Shown here piece after piece: positions 11,355 to 21,812 of a stretch of DNA of 64,000 bases. The translations under genes and the position numbers were made by a program. The notes below the pieces were generated by a model that was not told where the DNA came from, ran no database searches, and saw nothing but the letters and a program-made list of their open reading frames with translations. Numbering within the stretch: position 1 is the stretch's first letter; every line of letters begins with the position of its first letter. This DNA is from Selaginella moellendorffii (lineage: Eukaryota; Plantae; Lycopodiophyta): positions 416,230 to 480,229 of the forward strand of contig NW_003314367.1 in assembly GCF_000143415.4 (NCBI RefSeq), given 5' to 3'.

Positions 11355-13719
11355 AATTGGGATTGGCATAGCATAAGCTAGAAGGCATTGACCCAAATAA
11401 TGATAGAGATGTGGAAGCATCAACAATGGGTTGTAGGACTTGATAGCTATGAGGCAACTAAACAAAAAGTGTGATATAATTTATTGGACTGGTGGAAGTT
11501 AAATTCCCAAGACTTTTTATTGGGATAAGTAGGTTAGATATATCCCTTAGGAGATAGTGAATCATTGTTATAAAAAGAAACCACTTTTTGGTGTTTTAGG
11601 ATGTTTAGATATTCTATAATGGCCTTCTTTGACAATAAGTATGTTTAGTAACATGAGAGCATTAAATAAGGCCTAAGAGACTAAATTTCTAGGCTATTTA
11701 ATATCTAAGGTTGTGGAGATGGCAAAAGTCTATCTATCTAAATTGAACAAAGCCAAAAGGATTTTGGTAAGGTTAATGACGAACATACAAAAGCCCATGA
11801 GTAACAACATTAATCCCTGTGTGTGAGATTATAAGGTGAGCATATCCAAATTGAAAAACCACTCTCTAAGTCATTGCATAAGTTCATCTCTAAAAATATT
11901 TACTAAGGTATGGTAGAAAGTGCAAAGTTATCCTCATCATTTGGAGGAGAATAACCGAAGGGAACGTGTAATGCGAGTGCAAGTAATAAACAAATAGAAC
12001 TAAACCATAAAAATCAAAAAGCATAGCTAACGTTTATACAAATTGGGAGTGGAGAATTAAGTGGGTGCTTAAAAACATTACTATTGGCAACTATAGTGCT
12101 ATGAAAAGTCTAAAATATGGAATTAACCATATTAGACCATATGGCTATTAAAAAACTTGTGAAATGAGAAGCCTTAACAAGTTAAGAACATAATCCCTTT
12201 CATGTTTGTAAAGACAATTCTAGGTAGGTTAATACCTAGAAAGATAAGTATAAATGGTTCATAGGAATACGCAAAATTAGAGTGGCATAGCTTGAAGCTT
12301 GCCATGAGGCAAAGCTATTAAGGTTGGGGAAATAATTCTTGAGTGTTCACAAATATGGCTTTAAATAAAAGTCAATGGTTGAGGACTATCACATTTATGT
12401 ATAAAACCATATTATGCTACTTGGATGACTTGCTAAATGAGATTGGCAAGTCAAAGCTAACAAAAACTTAGTTGAAAATATTGACTTCAAAAGGGGTGGC
12501 CAAACATGGAGGAGTTCATGCATAATCGGGCATCGAACTTCTTCTATGGGTGGTGGAGTTGTAAGGAACCAACTCGCCGAGGTGTCGTAGGCTAAAGGAC
12601 CCCCGAAAGTATGACCAAAATGACAAAGAGTTAATCGAATGGGACCAAGTCGAAGATCGAGTCCAAGACCGACTCTGAGACCGAGTTCGAGATAGAGTCC
12701 GGAATCGAGTCCAAGGCCGACTCAAAAACCGAGTTCGAGACCGAGTTCGAGACTGAGTTCGAGACCAAGTTCGAGACGGAGTCCGAGATCCAAAATCGGG
12801 TCCGAGACCGAGTCCGAGGTCGAGTCCGAGGTCGGTCCGAGATCGGGTCCGAGATTGAGTCCGAGATCGAGTCTGAGACCGAATCCGAAGTCGGATCCAA
12901 GATCGAGTCCGAGATCGAGCCAGAGACTGAGTCCAAATACTAATACGGGTCAAGGGGTGAAAGCCCAAAGTGTGCGTCTCCCAGAGGGGGGGGGTTCCAA
13001 AAGTATAGTAGGGATAGTGAGGTCCAGGAACCAGTTTTGAAGGGACTCTCCAGTGGGGCTTCCAAACCGACTTGAGGTTGAGACTGGGACCGAAGGGCCT
13101 TGGGTAAGAGTGAGTATGGACTTGGTTGGTGCCAGAGGGGCCATCCAAGGAAGTGCTCAAGAGCAGCTCCCACTCCCGAAAGGGAAACCGACTGCGGTGC
13201 TTCTGGCTCATGTGGAGTGGTGCCTCACTTGAGTACCATGCGGCTCATTAGTCCTCGCCCTTCCTAGGGGCTTGGACCTCCCCTTCGGGATGGAAGTGGG
13301 GGGGTAGAGGTACCCATACCAGGCCGTTAGGCCACGGTGTTTCACCCCGGCGTCCTGAAGCAAATGTTGCACCCAAGACTTGGGATTTAGAAAGTCCCAT
13401 GATCAAGTCTTGTGGTACCAAGGGATGTTAAGAACCTGGAAGCGTGGTGTGCTTAGCTGTTTGTGCTTGCGGGGAGTGTAGCCGAACCTTTAGTCCAGTC
13501 TAACCCGGGGAGGGGGATTGGGAGAGATTTGGGGATCCGTGGATGGATGGCTAACACTCCGTTACTCATGCAGTGAATAGCTGAAACCAAGTAGGACCAA
13601 GTAGGAGCTAGTACCATAGGCGGGAACCTTGGCGAGGGAACTTAGCCAAAGCCAAGGCAGTGTTGGACGGATAGATGAAGTAAGCTAGCAAATTGGAAAG
13701 GAAAAATTTGTGGCTTACA
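11355..13719 (+). mobile_element. 3' internal region, PPT and type-C 3' LTR (12560-13719)
   Basis: GGGTGGTGGAGT precedes TGTAAG at 12560; the LTR ends CTTACA at 13719 (6-bp terminal inverted repeat); the internal part is homologous to 1-1270. Confidence 0.75.
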
Positions 13720-14989
13720 ACTTCCTCCTTAATCAAGTGGTGTTTTAGCATTTATATCGAAGCAAATTCTCTTAAATAATGGTTCCATATTTATAGCTAA
13801 AGCATTTTATGTTTTAAACATCTTAGTTGGGGATATGCCACACTTTCACAAGTGTTTATCATCCCAAAATGGATGGTTTGGTGGAATGGCTCATTCAAAC
13901 CTTCAAAGAGATGATTGCAAAGTATATGAACTTTTAACATTTGGATTGGGATGCCATCACTTCTATATGTATATGCTATTAATGTTTCACCATATAAACT
14001 TCTATATGATCATAATCTAATATTGCTAACAGAGTGATTGCCACGAGCTACTAATGTTAGGTCTTGGGATTAGTATTTAATAAACATTATTTCATTGGTT
14101 CAAGTGAAGTTTATTCAACACTTAGGCCGTATCTAACTAGGATAACAATGATACTATAACTCCTATTATTGTCCACTAATCAAAGTTGATAATTTCATTT
14201 TCCTAATCTTATGGTATGTGGTTTTTCTAAAAGGTTTTTTATTCAATGGAATGGCAAGTTAAACCACAAGTTTATGAGATTCGATATAATGTTCAATAAG
14301 CTGATCCTTCAAAAAATATACATATGTAATAACTAAAGTGTTTTGTACAAAAGGATCAAGAATAAATACCTTATACATCCACCTAATGTCCCTTTAGATT
14401 TTAGCCTATCAACTAGAGATAATCCCAGAGATAAGAGATTATGTGAGGTCCAAGTGTATAGCTATAATGTCGAATACTAATATGAATGTAGTAGAATTTT
14501 GATAGTCATTAGATTGATTTCAGTCTAGGGCTAATTGAATATGCAAATTTTCATATTTCATTTCTATTTCCATGTACTCACACATTGAAAAAATAAAGCC
14601 TAAAATCTAAACTGTCTTAATAGACCTTTTTTCCTTGATAAAAATCCTTGCCCATTTTCTTTCTATTGTCTAAGTGGAGAATCCAAAGTGATAAGAATGC
14701 AAAACCAGGAGGGCTATAAAAATCTCATCATCATAATTATCAGTAACTATCCATGTCAACTATCCCACCTCAAATGTATGTAGTCCAAGCTGTAAACCAC
14801 AATTGAGTCCTCACACAGGAAGCACACAAGGCTCCAGGAATATACCCTCTTTATAGTGTCTTTTCTATGCACAACAGAAATTGTAACACAAGTCTCCACA
14901 CGCCAAAACCATCCACTCCAGCCTCTTCACAGCCAGCACTTGCAAAGTACTGCTGGCCTGTGGCTGCGGCAAAGTGCAGTGCGCATGCT

Positions 14990-15461
14990 TGCCAGCCTCG
15001 AATTCCCCTTTGAGGCCCGTTGGAACTTGAGGCTGTGCATCACACTTACAACACTCCACTCACAGCGTCAGATGGAGCTGGCCACGCTGTCAGGTTGTGC
15101 TGCCGTTTGCAAGTCATGGAACTCCATGTACCTTTTGCCACCTGTGGGCAACGCAGGCCCCTGGATCCTGACTATCTCCCTCCAGGAAAAGCGCTGCTAC
15201 ATATACGCCTTTGGAGCGTCACTGTGGTTGCGTCACAGGCAAGAGCTCAAGCTACCCTCAGTGCTTTTTCATTTTGCCAAAGTCGTGGCCTCCAAAATTA
15301 ATACCACTTCCTCTGGTCTGTGGAAGCAGAACTTGTTGGTGTTGGATCACCATGCCGGTTACTTCGTGCACCACTCGGGCCTTGCGCTCGAGAGTGGCCA
15401 GCGTGGCCTGTGGTGCTACCTCAAAGCCAGGACCAAGAGGCTGGAGCGCCTCAACATGTGA
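14990..15461 (+). pseudogene. Possible F-box gene remnant
   Basis: LATLSGCAAVCKSWNSM..PWIL resembles the C-terminal end of an F-box motif (xxVCKxW). No complete domain is visible. Confidence 0.3.
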
Positions 15462-15641
15462 TGGGAAGGACACGCCCACATTCCCAGAAGCTCAAAATCC
15501 TCTCCAAAGTTCTGTAAATTTTTTCGACACTATCTTTAGCAAAAGAAGAGAAACTCAGAAGAGCCTTTCCTCCCTTGGGATTCTTTCCCTCATACGTGAG
15601 AATATTCGAGCGCGGCAATTTAGAATCAGGCAAAGAGACGT

Positions 15642-18600
15642 TCAAGAGACGGTGACTTGGGCCACTCCGTTCGACGCGAGAGCTGCGACCATCTCTGGAA
15701 CTGTGACGAAAACAATCACTGGACTCCCCGGAGACGCGGCTTGAGCAGCAGCAGCGATCTTGCCTGAGGACGAGGACGAAACCGGCACCACCATCACGCT
15801 CTCCAGCCCCAGCTGCGCCTTGATCAGCTCCAAGTTCTCCTCAAACACCCACCGCTCGTCGAATGGCAGCCGCAGCTCCAGTGCCTGGGGCCCAACCGAC
15901 AGCGTCTCGTCCTTCTTAAACTTGACGAACGGCATGCACTTCTTCTGGATCTGTTTGAAGTCCCCGGACTGTCCCACCGAGCTCTCGCGCAGCCGGGACA
16001 AGATCTCCACGTCCGAAGTGAAAGTCTTGCTGCCGCTGTCATAGCACGACTGGAGAATCTTCAGGGACTCCTCCTTCCAGCCTTCGTACTTCTCGGCTAC
16101 GTAGATCAAGCCCGCCAGTGGAGCCGCCGGAGGCACTGCTGCCTGTCCCTTCTTGGCCTTCTTCGAGGCGGCCAGGTGCTTTTGCAAGGCCTTCCGGAAG
16201 TCGGCAAGGATGGATTGGAAAAACTTGTTGGCTCTCTGGAGGGTCAAGTCGGGAGTTCCTGAGGCTGGCCAGCCTGCCGTCACTGCAAATCCTTCCTGGT
16301 GAAAGATCTCCGATCGGACGTATTCGGCGTAGTGCGGACAAATTGGAGTCAGTAGCCGCGTCTGGACGTCTGCAAACCTGAAGATCAAGTCCCTGTTCAT
16401 GCCCAAGGAGGAGCACGCCAGCCGGTACTCGTCCCTGGCGATCTGGAGATCGTAGAAACCCGACTTGAGCGCCTCACGGAACATCAGAGCCTTGTAGTTC
16501 CTCTCCGTCTGGTTGATAGCAATGTTGATCTCGTTCTCGAATACGCGGTCTGCGAATGTAGTGGGGGATCCCTTCCTCAGATCCTTTTCAGCAGCAATGA
16601 CCTCGTCGCTCATCCAGGCCATCTCCTTGGTCAGGCGCAGGATGGCCGAGTTTGCTGTCAGCTTGACGAAGTTTGCATCGTCGACCGAGTCTCCAGCGTC
16701 CGCCAGGCCAAACCTCGTTGCATCTGCCGAGAAGTCACTTACAGCGTCCCGAATGGTGAGGAAGTTCCCTGTCGATTTGGCCATCTTCTCCCCGTTGAGC
16801 AGCAGGAAACCATTGCACCGGAACGAACGAGGCCACCTCTCCTCCGGGAACATGGCGGTGTGATTGTAGATGCTAAAAGTCAGGTGGTTCTGGATGAGAT
16901 CCTTCCCAGAGACGCGCAAGTCGAACGGATACCAGTAATCAAACTCCTTCTTCATCCTCTTCAGAGTTTCAACCGGAATCTCGCTCTCTGGAAGAGGTCC
17001 CATGCCAAATACGAAGTCCCAGACATTCCTCGTCATCTGATTGGGCTTCACAGCATGATCACCTTTGCCATACAAGTCCCCCTCCTGTAAGATATGTGCC
17101 AGCGTGTAGTACGCCATGTAGATGGTGGAATCCGACAGCGACTCGATCAAAAAGTCCTGGTCCCAAGGAAACTTTGTACCCAGCCCGAAAGAACGCGAGC
17201 AGGCCCATTGGTTCAGCCATCCAAGAGCGTGCTCGAACAAGCGCCTCGTTTCGTCGCTGTAGAGCTCCATCTGCGTCAGGCATTTTTCCGCCTGTGACTT
17301 CCATTCCTCCTCGGCATACTGTAAGTACCACTGGTCCGTCAAGGCCACCACACATTCGTCTCCTGACCTCGATATCACTTTCTTTTCGGGCTCGCTATAG
17401 ATAACGGCTTGGCCTGATTCCACCAGCAGCTTCTTGATCAGCGGCTTCGCCTCCTGGACTTTCATTCTGGCATAGTCACCGACCAGCATCTTCCCGTCTG
17501 TGAACCCCTTCAAGTAAGTCATCTTCTTCGCAGCTTCCAGATCATCCCGGTTGTTCTGGCTCTTGATCTTCATGCTGATGCAGACCGCTTCCGCCGACTT
17601 GTCCCCGAATTCCGGAACGTTGATGATCGGAAGGACTTCGAAAGGTAGCACCCACTCGTCTTGGACGTTAAACTTCGCCCGCAGCGCAGGCTTCGACTTC
17701 AAATCCGAGAGTGCCATGTAGTCGTCGGGAGAGTCGCTTGGCACACTTGTCACGACGCCAGTACCTTTGTCCGTCTTGATATTCAGCATCGGCAGCACGT
17801 AAACCACCGGATTCTTTGCAAGCGGAGAAACTACCGTCAAACCAATCAAGTCCTGTCCTTTAAGTTCCACCAGGCACGTTGGTTGCTGCGGGACCCGTGA
17901 CAAGTTCTGATAAGCCATGTTTAAGGCAGCCCGAGCCGTCACCACGAAAACTTCCGTCGCACTGACTTCATACGCACCGTAATCACCGTCTGCCAGAACC
18001 CATGCATTCGTCTGACCGTACATGGTCTCCGGCCTCAAGGTGGCAGCTGCCAAGAAAACCTTCTTCCCTTCCAAAGGCTTGAGTTTCCCCGTGAAAGGGG
18101 GCTGGACCTCCATTTTGATAAGTACGTACTCTTGAGGAGCCACACCCTCGCCGGAAGCTCTATCGTGGTCGGCACAAGGCTGCCTGTCCAGAGGAGAATA
18201 GATGGCATACCTCAAATCCTTGCCCACCTTCTTCTTCTCACGCAAGTGCTCAAACTGCCACCTTACGAAGGAGTCGTAGTAAGGATTCGCCTCTGTGGTG
18301 ATGAAAGAGCGTCTCCAGTCACAGCTTAGCCCAAAGAATTTCAAGTCGTTCTTGGCGATGGGCGGAAAGTACTCCAGCCAGTAGAGTGGATCCCGAAACT
18401 TGGCAATCTCATCGTCTTCCAGACCCAAAGACCTCATGATCGTCCACTGATACTTGGAAGCACCGGACTTTGCCACAGCCTTGCTTTTCTTGGCCTTGAA
18501 TTTCACCTCCACTGGAACCTCTTCTTTGTTCGCAACTGGAGCTGGAGCTTCGTCCGTCACCTCGGTAGGAAACACTGGAGGACACCCAAACTCTTCGCTC

Positions 18601-18923
18601 TCGCGGACCAGCTTATCGGCACAAGCCTTGATCGGCATCCCTGTGCAGTGAAATCCCATTGGCAGCAGCACCTTCGTGCCACAAAGCCTCTGGAACGCCG
18701 CTAGCTTGGAGAGCGAGAACGCGTGGCCCAAGTGAAGGACCCCATTCATGTACGGGTATGGAAAATTCCCGAAATATTTCTCACCGGGCTTGGGCGGCTC
18801 GTCGCTCGCATCGACCTCAAAGATCTTGGCGTCCTCCCATCGCTTCTGGATAATCTTCTCGATCCCCAGCAGCTTGTCACGCCGCTCGGTGCTCATCTTC
18901 TTCTCGGCGCCATCGCTGGCCAT
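15642..18923 (-). CDS. Cytosolic leucyl-tRNA synthetase, intronless, 1093 aa
   Basis: FPYPYMNG.LHLGH (HIGH motif), CP1 editing motifs TLRPETMYGQTN and GTGVVTSVPSDSPDD, SGKDLIQNHL, KMAKS in place of KMSKS. Confidence 0.97.
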   Translation of the reverse strand: MASDGAEKKMSTERRDKLLGIEKIIQKRWEDAKIFEVDASDEPPKPGEKYFGNFPYPYMNGVLHLGHAFSLSKLAAFQRLCGTKVLLPMGFHCTGMPIKACADKLVRESEEFGCPPVFPTEVTDEAPAPVANKEEVPVEVKFKAKKSKAVAKSGASKYQWTIMRSLGLEDDEIAKFRDPLYWLEYFPPIAKNDLKFFGLSCDWRRSFITTEANPYYDSFVRWQFEHLREKKKVGKDLRYAIYSPLDRQPCADHDRASGEGVAPQEYVLIKMEVQPPFTGKLKPLEGKKVFLAAATLRPETMYGQTNAWVLADGDYGAYEVSATEVFVVTARAALNMAYQNLSRVPQQPTCLVELKGQDLIGLTVVSPLAKNPVVYVLPMLNIKTDKGTGVVTSVPSDSPDDYMALSDLKSKPALRAKFNVQDEWVLPFEVLPIINVPEFGDKSAEAVCISMKIKSQNNRDDLEAAKKMTYLKGFTDGKMLVGDYARMKVQEAKPLIKKLLVESGQAVIYSEPEKKVISRSGDECVVALTDQWYLQYAEEEWKSQAEKCLTQMELYSDETRRLFEHALGWLNQWACSRSFGLGTKFPWDQDFLIESLSDSTIYMAYYTLAHILQEGDLYGKGDHAVKPNQMTRNVWDFVFGMGPLPESEIPVETLKRMKKEFDYWYPFDLRVSGKDLIQNHLTFSIYNHTAMFPEERWPRSFRCNGFLLLNGEKMAKSTGNFLTIRDAVSDFSADATRFGLADAGDSVDDANFVKLTANSAILRLTKEMAWMSDEVIAAEKDLRKGSPTTFADRVFENEINIAINQTERNYKALMFREALKSGFYDLQIARDEYRLACSSLGMNRDLIFRFADVQTRLLTPICPHYAEYVRSEIFHQEGFAVTAGWPASGTPDLTLQRANKFFQSILADFRKALQKHLAASKKAKKGQAAVPPAAPLAGLIYVAEKYEGWKEESLKILQSCYDSGSKTFTSDVEILSRLRESSVGQSGDFKQIQKKCMPFVKFKKDETLSVGPQALELRLPFDERWVFEENLELIKAQLGLESVMVVPVSSSSSGKIAAAAQAASPGSPVIVFVTVPEMVAALASNGVAQVTVS

Positions 18924-19089
18924 CCTGGATGGACACAGAAAATGCGACTTAAACCACGGAGGATCTCCTGGCGAGCAAAGAAAACTTACGTCGCGATGCA
19001 GCGAAGGATCCGACGTAGAGAGCCTCCCGTGTTGCCGCTATAGCAGCGCCGCCGCCGCCGCCGCAGCGCAGTGAAGCTCTCGTTCTCGT

Positions 19090-19098
19090 AAACCCTAA
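19090..19098 (+). promoter_or_regulatory. Telo-box AAACCCTAA upstream of LeuRS
   Basis: Exact motif about 170 bp upstream of the LeuRS ATG; typical of plant translation-machinery genes. Confidence 0.5.
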
Positions 19099-19269
19099 TT
19101 CTCACTGGCAATGCACCTAAGGTGGTCAGGGGTTCGATACCCATAACCACTGGCATTCTATCCTACTAGCCAAAGTCTCTCTGTGGAGATAGAGTCGTCC
19201 ATAGCCATTGAGCTTGATTAAGCAAACCTAGATGTGAAGCAAAGATGGTATTGCTGTGCATGACACAGC

Positions 19270-19420
19270 CTTGACGCTGACTGTTCAAGAGGCCGTGGGG
19301 CTTCATGATCTTCTAGCCGGTGTGCAGCAGCAGCAAGAAGAACCTACAGTGAGTTATTCTGACAATCAACCTGCATGCGCGATTCACCACTCTATTCGTG
19401 AGCAGATCACAGCAGGAACT
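19270..19420 (+). mobile_element. Ty1/copia RNase H remnant
   Basis: EAVGLHDLL...EEPTVSYSDNQ...HHSIREQ matches copia EA.WL..LL...PT.I..DNQ...HHF.RE with an internal deletion. Confidence 0.6.
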
Positions 19421-19526
19421 TTGGCCTGCACGATGCTTGAAGAAAGAATGCCAGCATGCCACATACTGTAGAGGGCTTGGAGTTAATGTTCCAGTAAGTG
19501 TAACAATGGACCAGGGAAACAAAGTC

Positions 19527-19700
19527 TGGCGTCCTTCCATCGCTTCTGGATAATCTTCTCGACCCCCAGCAGCTTATCACGCCGCTCGGTGCTCATCTTC
19601 TTCTCGGCGCCATCCTGGATCGATGAACAGAGAGACTTAAACCACGGAGGATGTCTCGGAGACCAAGAAAACTTACGTCGCGATGCACCGAAGGATCCCA
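19527..19700 (-). pseudogene. Truncated duplicate of the LeuRS 5' end
   Basis: Encodes DGAEKKMSTERRDKLLGVEKIIQKRWKDA; nucleotide copy of about 18827-19010 offset by about 700 bp. Confidence 0.9.
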
Positions 19701-19867
19701 GCATAACCAATACCAGAGATAGAGTCATCCATAGCTATTGACGAAGTAATAGCAATTGAGTCATTCAGCCACGTCTGCCGCCGGTTGCCATGTCATTAAA
19801 ATTCTTGGCGCCTGTTGCGATTCAAAATTCAAAACTTCACAAAACCTAGATGTGAAGCAAAGCGGCG

Positions 19868-21771
19868 ATGGTAGGCAGCTATGGCTATGGCAATGGAAAT
19901 GGCGGCTATGGCGACTATAGCGGTAACAGATCGCACGGGCAGCGCTATGGAGCGGCAATGAACTCCCCATTTTCTTGGAACAACGCTGATGATGTCCCAA
20001 TGACGACCACACCCAGATCGAGTGTAGGAGCTGCGCCATGGATTCAGCAACAGCAGCATCCAAGTATCAATCGCGGGAACTTTTTCTCCTCGCGCAGACA
20101 GGTTGTGAAGCCGGCCGGAGTTGTCCTTGAGCAGCAGCATATGGCGAGACAGCCACTCGGTCTCTACAACTCGGGGAATCAGCAGGACTGGCCACCATCG
20201 TGCAGCCCGCCTGGATTGATCGATCACGCGAGAGCACTCAGCCCAGGTAAGATAATCAACCATCCAAAAACCAAAAACTTACTTCATGGATGGATGCAAG
20301 CAGCTTAGAACTTGCTGATCATTGGAGCTCACAGATGATCAGATGCAGATCCAGGAGCTCAACGGGAGCGGTGCTACCTTGTACTACTGCCCAACGCTTG
20401 ATCCTGAGACAGGATTCACCATCCTGTCCATCTCGGCCATGAGCTTCTACAGGAACAAGAGCCACGAGGAAATCCGATGGGATTGCTACTGCCGCGGTGA
20501 TCCCATGCTTGCCGATCCGTTATCGCTTCCCACACCATCGCCAAGCACCAAAGGCATCGCAGGCGCTTTGCCTCCTGGTACTTACTACCTCGTTCCGGCG
20601 TCACAATGGTCACCACCACCATCGTTACCGCTCACCACGGTAAGCTTTACATAGTTATCTTTCCAGATACTCACTTCTGGCTCGCAGCCTTTGGTCTTTT
20701 GTGCTGCTCCTCCTCCTCCGGCGACGGTAATTGACGAGCGTAGTTTACACGACCATTCACGAAGCCATCCCCAGCAGCAGCAGCAGCAACCGTAAGTGAA
20801 GCTTTAGATCTGATCGCAAGCAAACAATATACTCACCTCTAAAACCCATGCTTACGAAACTTAAAAGCGTGAATATGTGCAGGCCAAGTCTGAGCTCTTT
20901 CACCTTCAAATCCAGCCATCCCTTTGGAAAGCTCCCTCACGCCCAGCAGATATCTTTCAAGAGCAGCAACACTTTTCCGCCGACGAGCGTTGGCACCAGA
21001 TCCGGCTCCCCTCTGCTGGTTCTACCATCGAGACCAGTTCTACGCAGCCGCTTCCAGACGAGCAGATCAAAAGCACGCACCCCACCTCCAGTAATCTGGG
21101 ACGAGCCGCCGCCTCCAGAAATTTTCCTGCGAGCAACCAAGAACCCAAGATCGCTCTTCATCCCGCCGCAAGCAAACGAGCACGAAACTCCGGTGGAACC
21201 ATCGTCACCACCGTTAAGTATGCCCGAGAGCAGTGAACCGGGTCCGAGCAACCAAGTAGCGGAACCAGAAGCAGAGCCATTCGTGCCAACACCCAAGGTG
21301 ACGGGCTCAGACTACTACATCCAGCCCAGCCCGGAGGAGATCCGAGAGCGCCACCTTTCCACGCCGGGAGGATACTGCCACCGAGTTGACAACTTTGTAG
21401 TCGGGCGCAAGCAGCACGGGGAGATCCGCTTCATCGGCCGGACAGATGTGCGAGAGCTGGACGTGTGCGACGCTGTCCAGTTCGACAAGAACCAGGTGAT
21501 TGTCTACATGGACGAGAGCAAAAAGCCTGGCGTGGGTGACGGGCTCAATAAACCAGCTGAAGTTACTCTGTTTAACATCCACTGGAACGACAATCTAGAC
21601 GGCCAAGAACAGCAAGAGCAGCAGCAGCAGCAGTTCGAGATGATGCTCAGGGATGAATCCGAGAGGCAAGGCTCCCACTTCATTTCTTACGACGCAGCGT
21701 CGGGGGAATGGAAGTTCCTGGTTGATCACTTCAGCACATTCGGACTGCAATGCAAAACGTTGGCTACATAG
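19868..21771 (+). CDS. NUP98: NUP98-like nucleoporin (GLEBS motif and S59 autopeptidase domain), multi-exon
   Basis: SISAMSFYRNKSHEEIRWDCY (GLEBS); C-terminal YYIQPS...FVVGR...GLNKPAEVTL...GEWKFLVDHFS autoproteolytic domain. Internal exon boundaries uncertain. Confidence 0.85.
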
Positions 21772-21812
21772 ATTCATCGAGGACAACAAAAATTAGGAGC
21801 GAAACCTGGAAG

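Noticed and set aside
12516-13211. 231-aa RS/RT-rich ORF
   Set aside because: Same LTR minisatellite artefact.
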